Shown piece by piece: positions 52,516 to 60,633 of a stretch of 64,000 nt of DNA. The translations under genes and the position numbers were made by a program. The stretch spans positions 10,056 through 74,055 of the forward strand of contig CAXMOP010000015.1 in NCBI GenBank assembly GCA_964195155.1. Direction: 5' to 3'. Under the pieces are notes generated by a model. It saw nothing but the letters and a program-made list of their open reading frames with translations. It searched no databases and was not told the DNA's origin. The DNA is from an uncultured Kiloniellales bacterium (lineage in GTDB: Bacteria; Actinomycetota; Acidimicrobiia; Spongiisociales; UBA5794). Within the stretch, counting starts at the first letter, position 1, and every line of letters starts with the position of its first letter.

Positions 52516-54339
52516 TCAACGCTGCTTGTGCCGTTTCCGCTCGGACTCGGCGAGATGTCGCTTGCGGACTCTGATCGCCCCGGGCGTCACCTCGACGAGC
52601 TCGTCCCCCGCGATCCACTCGATGGCAAGCTCAAGCGTCATCAGCCGCGCAGTCTTCAGCTTGATGGCCTCATCGGTCGAATGCGTTCGGATGTTGGTCA
52701 TCTGTTTTGCCTTGGTTGCATTGACCTGCATGTCCTCAGGGCGCGATGCCTCGCCGATGATCATCCCCTCATACACGTCGACGCCGGGACCAATGAATAA
52801 CTCGCCCCGCTTCTGCAGGTTGTCCAGGGCAAAGCCAGTCGACGCGCCGATCCGATCGGCAACCATCGCACCCCCTTGACGATGGGGCAGGTCGCCGACC
52901 CACGGCATCCATCCTTCGTGGTGCTGGTGGACCAACGCCGTTCCTCTCGTCGCCGTCATCAACAGCGAGCGGAACCCGATCAGGCCCCTGGCGGGCGCGG
53001 TGACGGTGACGATGGTTCGCCCGGTGTCACCGGGGCGCAGGTCGATGACCTTGCCCTTGCGCGGCGCAACCGCCTGGGTCACCGTCCCGACGTGCTCGTC
53101 CGGAACATCGACGACCGCTCGCTCCACCGGCTCATGGGGGGCGCCGTCGACCTCACGGATAATGACCTCCGGCCTTGATACTTGTAGCTCGAACCCCTCC
53201 CGTCGCATCGACTCGATGAGCACTGCCAGCTGAAGCTCACCGCGGCCTGCGACTTCGATGACCTCCGGGGTTGCGGTGGATCCCACGCGAATCGATACGT
53301 TGCCCAGTACCTCTCGATCGAGTCGCTCCCGAATCTGGCGCGATGTCACGAACCGTCCTTCCCGACCGGAGAGTGGCGACGTGCTGACGCCGAACGTCAT
53401 CCGCAGAACGGGCTCATCTACCTCGAGTCGCGGCAGCGGCTTCGGGTCGGTGGCATCGGCAAGGGTGTCCCCGATCTCCACCTCGGGGAATCCGGCCACC
53501 ACGAATAGATCCCCGGCCACCCGTTCGGCAACCTCGACCCGATCGAGGTTCTCGAAACCGAGAAGATTCGTGAGGCGGCGCAACAGCGGAGGCTCCTCCT
53601 CATTTGAGTGGCACAACGCAACCTGATCGCCGGCTCGGAGCGTTCCCTCGACGACGCGACCGATGGCAAGGCGTCCGAGGTACTCGGAGACATCCAGGTT
53701 GGTGACGAGCGCCTGCAGCGGAGCATTGGCGTCGCCCGTGGGGCCGGGAATGGTCTCGATGATCGCCTGGAACAGAGCACCGAGGTCGGCATCGGGGTCC
53801 GGGATCCCGGTTCCGCCCATCGAGCGACCCTCCCGGGCGATCGTGGAGATGATCGGGAACTCGATGTGGTGATCCTCGGCATCGAGGTCGAAGAACAGTT
53901 GATACACGTCGTCGGCGACCACATCGATCCGTGCCTCGGGGCGGTCGACCTTGTTGATCACGACAACGGCTGGCAGCCCCCGGGCCAGCGCTTTTGACAG
54001 CACGTATCGGGTCTGCGGCATGGGTCCTTCGGCGGCGTCGACCAGCAGCAAAACACCGTCGACCATGGTGAGCGCCCGCTCTACCTCACCGCCGAAGTCG
54101 GCGTGGCCCGGCGTGTCGACAAGATTGATCTTGGTGCCCTGCCACTCAACCGAGGCCGCCTTGGCGAGGATCGTGATCCCCCGCTCGCGTTCCTGGTCGT
54201 CCGAGTCCATGATGCGATCGACCCGCTTCTCATGTGCGGCGAACACACCTGCCGCTCTCAGCATGGCATCGACGAGCGTGGTCTTGCCGTGGTCCACGTG
54301 GGCGATCAAAGCAATGTTGCGAAGGCGAGCGTCGGACAT
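52516..54339 (-). CDS. typA: translational GTPase TypA/BipA
   Basis: 607 aa. NIALIAHVDHGKTTL, DTPGHADF, NKVD, EF-G-like domains. Confidence 0.93.
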   Translation of the reverse strand: MSDARLRNIALIAHVDHGKTTLVDAMLRAAGVFAAHEKRVDRIMDSDDQERERGITILAKAASVEWQGTKINLVDTPGHADFGGEVERALTMVDGVLLLVDAAEGPMPQTRYVLSKALARGLPAVVVINKVDRPEARIDVVADDVYQLFFDLDAEDHHIEFPIISTIAREGRSMGGTGIPDPDADLGALFQAIIETIPGPTGDANAPLQALVTNLDVSEYLGRLAIGRVVEGTLRAGDQVALCHSNEEEPPLLRRLTNLLGFENLDRVEVAERVAGDLFVVAGFPEVEIGDTLADATDPKPLPRLEVDEPVLRMTFGVSTSPLSGREGRFVTSRQIRERLDREVLGNVSIRVGSTATPEVIEVAGRGELQLAVLIESMRREGFELQVSRPEVIIREVDGAPHEPVERAVVDVPDEHVGTVTQAVAPRKGKVIDLRPGDTGRTIVTVTAPARGLIGFRSLLMTATRGTALVHQHHEGWMPWVGDLPHRQGGAMVADRIGASTGFALDNLQKRGELFIGPGVDVYEGMIIGEASRPEDMQVNATKAKQMTNIRTHSTDEAIKLKTARLMTLELAIEWIAGDELVEVTPGAIRVRKRHLAESERKRHKQR

Positions 54340-54416
54340 GAGAAGCGAAGGGTATCGGAGCAGTGTCCTGAATCATCGCCACCCCTAACCTCCTGCAACC
54401 CCTCTGGAAGGCGCGC

Positions 54417-55508
54417 GTGGGCATCCGTTGTGGCATCGTCGGTCTCCCAAACGTCGGCAAGTCGACGCTGTTCAACGCCCTGACGGGCGGGGAGATCTCC
54501 GCCGAGAACTATCCATTCACCACGATCGAGCCGAACATCGGCATCGCCGTCGTGCCCGACCGTCGGCTGCCCCGCATCGCCGAGATCGCCAATCCCCCCT
54601 CGGTCGTGCCGTCGACCATCGAGTTTGTCGACATCGCCGGGCTCGTCGAGGGGGCGTCACAGGGTGAGGGTCTCGGCAACCAGTTTCTCCACCACATTCG
54701 TGAGACCGATGCCATCGCCCAGGTGGTCCGCTGTTTTGACGACCCCGAGGTGGTGCACGTTGCTGGGAGAATCGATCCGGTTGCCGATCTGGAGACGATC
54801 GACACCGAGTTGGCTATCGCCGACCTGGAAGGCGTCGAGCGCGGCATCGCCAAGGCCGGGCGCAAGGCGCGGGCGGGGGACCGAGACGCCGCACAGCGTC
54901 TCGCCGTCCTGGAGAAAGTGGAGAAACACCTCGCTACGGGTCGTTCGGTGCGGTCGCTCGAGCTCACCGATGCCGAACGCCCGATCGTGCGGAACCAGTT
55001 CTTTCTCACCGCCAAGCCGGTCATGTACATCGCCAACGTCGACGAGAACGGGCTCGCGGAGAACCCGTACGTCGATGCAGTACGCGACTACGCCGCCCAC
55101 GAAGGTGCCGACGTCGTGGTGGTCGCCGGTGATCTCGAGGCCGAACTCGCCTCCCTCGATCCCGATGACCGGCTCGAGCTGCTCGGCGAGTATGGGCTGG
55201 ACGAGGCTGGGCTCAACAAGGTGGTCAGGGCGGCGTATCACCTGCTCGACATCCGCACCTTCTTCACCGTTGGACCAAAGGAAGCCCGGGCGTGGACCGT
55301 CCGTGCCGGGGCCACCGCCGCCCAAGCGGCCGGTGAGATTCATACCGATTTCGAGCGCGGTTTCATTCGGGCCGAGGTTGCATCTTTCGATGACTTCGCT
55401 GCGTTCGGCGGGGAACAGGGAACCAAGGATGCCGGCAGGTGGCGGCTCGAAGGCCGCGACTACGAGGTTCAGGAAGGCGACCTCATGCTGTTCCGGTTCA
55501 ATGTCTGA
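54417..55508 (+). CDS. ychF: redox-regulated ribosome-binding ATPase YchF
   Basis: GTG start. GIVGLPNVGKSTLFNALT, C-terminal TGS-like ...GDLMLFRFNV. Confidence 0.93.
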   Translation: MGIRCGIVGLPNVGKSTLFNALTGGEISAENYPFTTIEPNIGIAVVPDRRLPRIAEIANPPSVVPSTIEFVDIAGLVEGASQGEGLGNQFLHHIRETDAIAQVVRCFDDPEVVHVAGRIDPVADLETIDTELAIADLEGVERGIAKAGRKARAGDRDAAQRLAVLEKVEKHLATGRSVRSLELTDAERPIVRNQFFLTAKPVMYIANVDENGLAENPYVDAVRDYAAHEGADVVVVAGDLEAELASLDPDDRLELLGEYGLDEAGLNKVVRAAYHLLDIRTFFTVGPKEARAWTVRAGATAAQAAGEIHTDFERGFIRAEVASFDDFAAFGGEQGTKDAGRWRLEGRDYEVQEGDLMLFRFNV

Positions 55509-55932
55509 CCTGTTCGACCTGCTTCGCTCGCTCGAGCTCCTGGTCGCCGATTACGCCGTGTTCGGCAGCGGACCCCTGATCATCAGAGGAGTCATCGAAC
55601 CGGCCAATGACCTCGACGTGATCAGCCGGGGTGCGGCCTGGGCTCGGGCCGTCGAAATGGGCACCCTGGTCGAGGAGCGCGGCGTCACCATTGCCAGCCT
55701 CTTCGACGGTGCCATCACGATCGGCACCGAATGGGCAATCGGCGACTTTGACGTCGACGCGCTGATCGACACCGCCGAGATGATCGAAGAGCTGCCGTTC
55801 GTTCGGCTCGAGCACGTGGTGGAGTACAAGGAGATCGCCCGCCGCCCAAAGGACATTGCACACTTGCAGGCACTCCAGGACTACCTCAGGACCCGGCCCG
55901 CTCCGCCAGATAATGCCGGATCATCGAGCTGA
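55501..55932 (+). CDS. nucleotidyltransferase-fold (Pol-beta superfamily) protein
   Basis: 143 aa. FGSGPLIIRGVIEPANDLDVI fits G-S-x(n)-D-x-D. 8-nt overlap with ychF. The 3' 47 nt overlap convergent udk. Confidence 0.55.
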   Translation: MSDLFDLLRSLELLVADYAVFGSGPLIIRGVIEPANDLDVISRGAAWARAVEMGTLVEERGVTIASLFDGAITIGTEWAIGDFDVDALIDTAEMIEELPFVRLEHVVEYKEIARRPKDIAHLQALQDYLRTRPAPPDNAGSSS

Positions 55933-56545
55933 CCGTTCCAACGGCGCTCGGGTTGTAGCCCTCAGGCACGATGATGTCGGCAAAGCGCTTCGACGGCTCG
56001 ACAAACTGGATGTGCATCGGCCGAACCGTCGCCTCGTACTGCTCGAGCACCGAATCCACGGTCCGCTGCCGCTCGACGACGTCGCGGCGGAGCCGGCGCA
56101 GCAGCCGTAGATCGGCGTCCGTGTCCACATAAACCCGGAGATCCATCAGATCCCGCAAGGCCGGCTCGGCCAACACCAGGATTCCCTCGACCAGGATCAC
56201 CGACTCGGGATCCACCGCAACCGTTTCGTTTGAACGCGTGTGGGTGGAGAAGTTGTAGACCGGCCGCTCGACCGACTCACCGGATCGGAGACGCTTCAAG
56301 TGCTCGGCGAGCAGCGCGGTCTCCAGAGAGTCCGGGTGGTCGTAATTGATCATCGCACGCTCGTCGATGGATAGTGCGCTCTGATCCTGGTAGTAGGCAT
56401 CGTGGGGCACCAGGGCGACGTGTTCTCGTCCGACGATCTCGACCACGCTGGTGACGATCGTGGTTTTGCCGGATCCGGAACCACCGGCGACTCCGATGAT
56501 CAATGGTTGATCGCGGTGATCCGGCCAGTTGGCAGCGGCGTCCAT
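55886..56545 (-). CDS. udk: uridine kinase
   Basis: 219 aa. IIGVAGGSGSGKTT P-loop, YDHPDS, typical Udk length. Confidence 0.88.
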   Translation of the reverse strand: MDAAANWPDHRDQPLIIGVAGGSGSGKTTIVTSVVEIVGREHVALVPHDAYYQDQSALSIDERAMINYDHPDSLETALLAEHLKRLRSGESVERPVYNFSTHTRSNETVAVDPESVILVEGILVLAEPALRDLMDLRVYVDTDADLRLLRRLRRDVVERQRTVDSVLEQYEATVRPMHIQFVEPSKRFADIIVPEGYNPSAVGTVSSMIRHYLAERAGS

Positions 56546-56579
56546 GCCGCAAGGCTAGATACCCCAGGGGTGCATCTTG

Positions 56580-57236
56580 TCAAGCGGCTTTGGTTTCGAG
56601 GGGGGTTTGGCGGTGTGCCCAGGCGGTGTCTTCGTTGTAGGTGGCTCCGTGTCGGAGGCAGCCGTGGAGGATGCCGACGAGTCGGTTGCCGAGGGCGCGG
56701 AGGGCTTGGTGGTGGAGGTCTCCTTTGGTTCTGCGCTGGTCGTAGAAGGCTCGGCATCCGGGGCTTTGGGTGAGGGAGCAGAACGCCCATTGGTCGATGG
56801 CGGCGGCGAGGCGCCGGTTGCGGATGTGGCGGGCCAACACCTTGACTGCTTCGGCTAGGTCGCTGTCACCAGCGAGGGGTCGATGGTTATGCCGGTCGGT
56901 ACGGACCAGATCTGCCAACACTTTGGCGTCACCGGCATCAGACTTAGCACCCGCCAGATTGTGCCGGTCCCGGTAACGCGACACCGCCACCGGATTGATC
57001 CCATACACCTGATACCCCGCCGCCACCAACGGTTCGACCCACAACCCCAGGTCGGTCTCGATCCCGACCACCACCTCACCCGGTTCATCAACAACCCCCG
57101 CCACCAGATCGTGGAACCCCCGAATCCCTTCCAGGCCTTCAGGGAGCCGCCGACTCGTCAACCGGCTCCCCGCCTCATCCATCACATGGACCGTTCTTGC
57201 GTAGCCAGGAGCGATATATGGCCGTCTGCTACGCAA
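56580..57236 (-). mobile_element. IS110-family transposase remnant (N-terminally truncated, large internal in-frame deletion)
   Basis: VVVGIETDLGLW...YGINPVAVSRYRDRH..GAKSDAGDAKVLADLVRTDRHNH (DEDD domain) is joined directly to the C-terminal tail ...FYDQRRTKGDLHHQALRALGNRLVGILHGCL. 218 aa versus roughly 350-400 expected. Confidence 0.75.
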
Positions 57237-57244
57237 GAACGGTC
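57189..57244. repeat. perfect 17-bp inverted repeat (GACCGTTCTTGCGTAGC / GCTACGCAAGAACGGTC) spanning the 5' truncation point of the IS110 remnant
   Basis: Arms 57189..57205 and 57228..57244, 22-nt spacer; read directly. Confidence 0.85.
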
Positions 57245-57340
57245 AGTGCCCCGTCCATTCCGGCGGTCGCTTGCGTGGTGCGGTGACTCGGTTTCTCCAG
57301 TCAGCGCCGTCACGCTGGAGGACTGCTCAACACCCTCCTG
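57245..57340 (+). mobile_element. MITE-like repeat, copy G (degenerate left end)
   Basis: ...GCTTGCGTGGTGCGGTGACTCGGTTTCTCCAGTCAGCGCCGTCACGCTGGAGGACTGCTCAACACCCTCC. Left TIR missing, right junction is TGG rather than TAG. Confidence 0.7.
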
Positions 57341-57356
57341 GGGAGCTGGCGGCCAC

Positions 57357-58121
57357 TCAGCCTGAACGAAGCGTGATGTCCCCCGACATCGTCTTGACCT
57401 TCAGTGTTGCGTGCTTGGTCGGCTCATCCTCGCTTGGCGTGACGTTGTTTCGCAGTGATCCCGACATCGTGGCTATGTCGGCTTCGATCGACATCCCGGG
57501 TGCGAGCCCGAGCGCGATGTCGCCGGACATCGAATGCGCGGTGACGGCGGGTCCGCTGAAGAGTCCGATGGTGATGTCTCCGCTTGCACTCTTGGCGGTG
57601 GTTCGGCCGCCGACCCCGTCGACAGAGATATCTCCCGATGCCGTGGTCACGGTGAGATCGCTGGAAACCGTATCGATGCGAAGGTCTCCCGAGGCGGAGG
57701 CGCCCTGGAAGTCACCGTCGACGTCGCCGATGAATACGTCACCGCTGGCGGTCTTGATCTTCGCCCTTTTTGAGACGTCGCCGAGCCGCACGTCGCCCGA
57801 CGCCGTGGCGACAAAGAGCTCGCCGATGTCGACCGAGCCCATGATGTCGCCGCTGACGGCTTTGATATCGACGTCGGACCCTGCAGGCAACGAGACGGCG
57901 ATTCGAACCTTGGGCGAGGACCAGCGGCGCGTGTCTCTTCGTTGAATCGAAACCAGGTCGCCGACCTGGGTGATGTCGAAGAGGTCGAGGCCCTGCTCCT
58001 TGCCCTCGAGGACAACATCAATGCGCCCGGGCTCCCCCTCGTTGAGCAGGATGTCCGAGGAGGACACGACCACGAGGAGCTGCCCATGGTCGCCGATTTC
58101 GAAACTCTCCTCGCGCTTCAT
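57357..58121 (-). CDS. DUF4097-type beta-strand repeat protein (putative adhesin-like/LiaG-like)
   Basis: 254 aa with reiterated SGD(I/V)x(V/I/L) strands (ASGDVRLG, ASGDVFIG, ASGDLRID, ASGDISVD, ASGDITIG, MSGDIALG, MSGDITLR). Confidence 0.75.
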   Translation of the reverse strand: MKREESFEIGDHGQLLVVVSSSDILLNEGEPGRIDVVLEGKEQGLDLFDITQVGDLVSIQRRDTRRWSSPKVRIAVSLPAGSDVDIKAVSGDIMGSVDIGELFVATASGDVRLGDVSKRAKIKTASGDVFIGDVDGDFQGASASGDLRIDTVSSDLTVTTASGDISVDGVGGRTTAKSASGDITIGLFSGPAVTAHSMSGDIALGLAPGMSIEADIATMSGSLRNNVTPSEDEPTKHATLKVKTMSGDITLRSG

Positions 58122-58561
58122 GTCTCGATGGTGCCGCTGAAGCGCCGACCGCTGGAATGATGGTGCGTCCTGCTCGTCAGCGTCTTGACAACGAAGGAGT
58201 TCACCGAGTCTCCTGACTCGTTGGCGACCTCCTCGAGGATGCCCTTGAGCTTGTCAGATAGCCGCAGGGTGATCCGGGCCTCCAGCTCGTCGGTGTCGAC
58301 GGTGATCGGATCGTCGTTGTCCTCGACGGTGAGAACGGGCGTTCCTTCTTGGAGGCGAACCGACACGCCTTTGCGCGGGAGCTGAGCATCGACCTCTTCG
58401 GCGGCCTGCTCCGCCAAGCGCAACGCGGCGCGCTCGAGGGCCGGCTGGAGGGCACCGATCATGACCTCGCCGGCCCGGACCATGGCTTCGTCGTCTCCGG
58501 CGAGCCGCAGCTGTGCGCTGAGCGCTTCTTCAACCTCGGCAACGATGGCAGTGACGTCCAC
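58118..58561 (-). CDS. hypothetical protein with C-terminal ribbon-helix-helix-like segment
   Basis: 147 aa, GTG start. ARITLRLSDKLKGILEEVANESGDSVNSFVVKTL resembles an Arc/CopG/HicB-type RHH. 4-nt overlap with the DUF4097 gene. Confidence 0.6.
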   Translation of the reverse strand: MDVTAIVAEVEEALSAQLRLAGDDEAMVRAGEVMIGALQPALERAALRLAEQAAEEVDAQLPRKGVSVRLQEGTPVLTVEDNDDPITVDTDELEARITLRLSDKLKGILEEVANESGDSVNSFVVKTLTSRTHHHSSGRRFSGTIET

Positions 58562-58565
58562 GGTG

Positions 58566-58682
58566 TTACCTCGTGTGACGGCGGAGCCTGCGCAGCGTGA
58601 ACTCCCTGCGCCGATCGTCCTCGGTTCCGTGGTTGATCTCCTGGATTGCTCGCATGGCCTCTGGGCTGTTGTAGTACAACAT
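58566..58682 (-). CDS. small ORF (38 aa), first gene of the DUF4097 operon
   Basis: AGAGGT Shine-Dalgarno sequence 4 nt before ATG 58682. MLYYNSPEAMRAIQEINHGTEDDRRREFTLRRLRRHTR. TAA ends 4 nt before the next GTG. Below the ORF-track size cutoff. Confidence 0.4.
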   Translation of the reverse strand: MLYYNSPEAMRAIQEINHGTEDDRRREFTLRRLRRHTR

Positions 58683-58714
58683 GGTTACCTCTATCGATGT
58701 CCGGGTGATGCCGG

Positions 58715-58737
58715 GATGACATTACCATGATGTCATC
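58715..58737. promoter_or_regulatory. palindromic candidate operator GATGACAT-N7-ATGTCATC in an AT-rich divergent promoter region
   Basis: Read directly. An additional half-site-like AATGTCAC lies at ~58740. Sits between the small-ORF operon and the thi leader. Confidence 0.45.
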
Positions 58738-58779
58738 ATAATGTCACCCTGTCAAGAGGCAATTCCGACCACAGCCGCA

Positions 58780-58824
58780 AACCCAGGCAACGCAGCGTCA
58801 TATAGGCGCTCCCCAGCCTGGGTT
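58780..58824 (+). repeat. conserved hairpin repeat, copy 2
   Basis: AACCCAGGC-AACGCAGCGTCATATAGGCGCTCCCCA-GCCTGGGTT. Same core CAGCGTCATATAG(C/G)CGCTCC as 30477..30530. Confidence 0.75.
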
Positions 58825-58844
58825 CGCGCCGGGGGGCGTTATCA

Positions 58845-58958
58845 TGGTGGGGACCACCCCGGGGAGCTCGTATATCGAGCTGAGAGGGCGGCCTTGCAGC
58901 GAGAAAGCATGGCCACCGACCCGCGGAACCTGATCTGGGTAATCCCAGCGGAGGAAGC
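58845..58958 (+). promoter_or_regulatory. TPP (THI-box) riboswitch
   Basis: GGGGAGC...GCTGAGAG...ACCCGCGGAACCTGATCTGGGTAATCCCAGCGGAGGAAG matches the conserved CUGAGA and ACCUGAUCUGG.UAAU.CCAGCG elements. The 3' GGAGGAAG doubles as the Shine-Dalgarno sequence of thiN. Confidence 0.85.
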
Positions 58959-58960
58959 GC

Positions 58961-59608
58961 GTGGACGATCTACGAGCCATCGTCTTGACGGACGGAGATC
59001 CCGTCGCGCCTCCGATCCCGCTGCCCAGCGATGCGATGGTGATCGCCGCCGACGGTGGATTGCGCCTCTCCTCCATCCTCGGACTCCGAGTCGATGTCGT
59101 CGTTGGTGACATGGATTCGGTGTCGCCGGCGGATCTGGCTGCGGCCGAGCAGGCCGGCGCCCGCATCGAGCGACACCCTATCGACAAGGACGCCACCGAT
59201 CTCGAGCTGGCCCTCGACGCCGCCATCACCGGTGGCGCGATCGAAATCACCGTCGTCGGCGGCGCCGGTGGACGCCTCGATCACCTGCTCGCCAATGCCC
59301 AACTGCTGGCCGGAGACCGGTACGCCGCCATCCAGCTGCGCTGGTGGACCGGAGCCGAGATCGTCGTGGTCTGCGACCACATGCGACCGGCCGTGATCAA
59401 GGGAACCCCAGGCGAGCTCGTGTCGCTGGTCCCGGTCGGCGGAAGCGCCGGTGGCGTCGTCACCACCGGACTTCGGTGGGGACTCGAGGGCGAAGATCTC
59501 GGCTTTGGTTCAACGCGGGGCGTCAGCAACGAGCTGAGCGACGACCGGGCAACCGTTTCACTCACAGAGGGAAGGCTTCTCGTGATTCAGGAACGAGCAA
59601 CGCCGTGA
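58961..59608 (+). CDS. thiN: thiamine diphosphokinase
   Basis: GTG start. VVGDMDSVS and KDATDLELAL motifs, C-terminal B1-binding domain. 215 aa. Confidence 0.8.
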   Translation: MDDLRAIVLTDGDPVAPPIPLPSDAMVIAADGGLRLSSILGLRVDVVVGDMDSVSPADLAAAEQAGARIERHPIDKDATDLELALDAAITGGAIEITVVGGAGGRLDHLLANAQLLAGDRYAAIQLRWWTGAEIVVVCDHMRPAVIKGTPGELVSLVPVGGSAGGVVTTGLRWGLEGEDLGFGSTRGVSNELSDDRATVSLTEGRLLVIQERATP

Positions 59609-60633
59609 ACCGCCCAACCGCCCTCTTCGCCGCCGCCGCTCTGCTGCTCGCCGCGTGCACGGATGCCGGGCCCTCCGACGTGACGCTGATGACCCACGAC
59701 TCGTTCCTGATTTCCGAGGAGGTACTTGCCGAGTTCACCGAGGACACCGGGATCACCGTCACCGTGGTTCGAGCGGGCGACGGCGGATCGATGGTCAACC
59801 GCGCCATCCTGACCAAGGACAATCCGATTGCCGACGTCATGTATGGGGTTGACAACACCTTCCTGTCCCGGGCCCTTGGCGAGGACCTCTTCATTCCGTA
59901 TCGGCCCGAACTGATCGACAGCGTCCCCATCGGGCTGCGCACGGAGGGCGATCTGGTGACCCCGATCGACTTCGCCGACGTGTGCCTCAACACCGACATC
60001 GCCCGTCTCGCCGCGCGCGACGTCCCGGCACCGGCCACCTTGCGCGATTTGGTCGATCCCGCATACGCCGGCCTGCTCGTCGTGCAGGATCCATCGACGT
60101 CGACGCCTGGCCTCGCCTTCCTGCTCGCCACGATCGAGACCTTCGGCGAAGGAGGCGAATACTCCTGGCACGACTTCTGGGCTGATCTGGTTGCCAACGA
60201 CGTCCGCATCACCTCCGGATGGGAAGAGGCCTACAACCTCGAATTCTCCGGAGGATCCGGCGCCGGCACCCGACCGATCGTCGTCTCCTATGCCTCGTCG
60301 CCGCCCGCAGAGGTGTTCTTCGGCGAGCTCGACGAGGCTCCGACCGAGGTGGTCACTCAGGGCTGCTTCCGCCAGATCGAATATGCCGGCATCCTCGCCG
60401 GCACCGAGAACCAGGCCAACGCCGAACGGCTCATGGACTTCCTGTTGACGCCCCGATTCCAGGAGGACATCCCGCTCAACATGTTCGTCTTCCCGGCCAA
60501 TGAAGATGCGGCGCTCCCCGAGGTGTTCGTCCAGCACACCACGCTGCCGGATCAGCCGATCACCATGGCCCCGGACCGGATCGAGGAGAATCGCGAGCGC
60601 TGGATCACGGAGTGGGCAGCGATCGTGCGATGA
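59605..60633 (+). CDS. thiB: thiamine ABC transporter substrate-binding lipoprotein
   Basis: GTGA overlap with thiN. Signal VNRPTALFAAAALLLAACTD with lipobox. Periplasmic-binding-protein fold pattern. Substrate assignment by riboswitch context. Confidence 0.7.
   Translation: MNRPTALFAAAALLLAACTDAGPSDVTLMTHDSFLISEEVLAEFTEDTGITVTVVRAGDGGSMVNRAILTKDNPIADVMYGVDNTFLSRALGEDLFIPYRPELIDSVPIGLRTEGDLVTPIDFADVCLNTDIARLAARDVPAPATLRDLVDPAYAGLLVVQDPSTSTPGLAFLLATIETFGEGGEYSWHDFWADLVANDVRITSGWEEAYNLEFSGGSGAGTRPIVVSYASSPPAEVFFGELDEAPTEVVTQGCFRQIEYAGILAGTENQANAERLMDFLLTPRFQEDIPLNMFVFPANEDAALPEVFVQHTTLPDQPITMAPDRIEENRERWITEWAAIVR

Noticed and set aside
57237-57345. IS110 bridge-RNA-like non-coding element upstream of the transposase remnant
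   Set aside because: The sequence there is a copy of the dispersed MITE family, found at six other loci without any transposase. The IS itself is truncated. I cannot support a bridge RNA from sequence alone.
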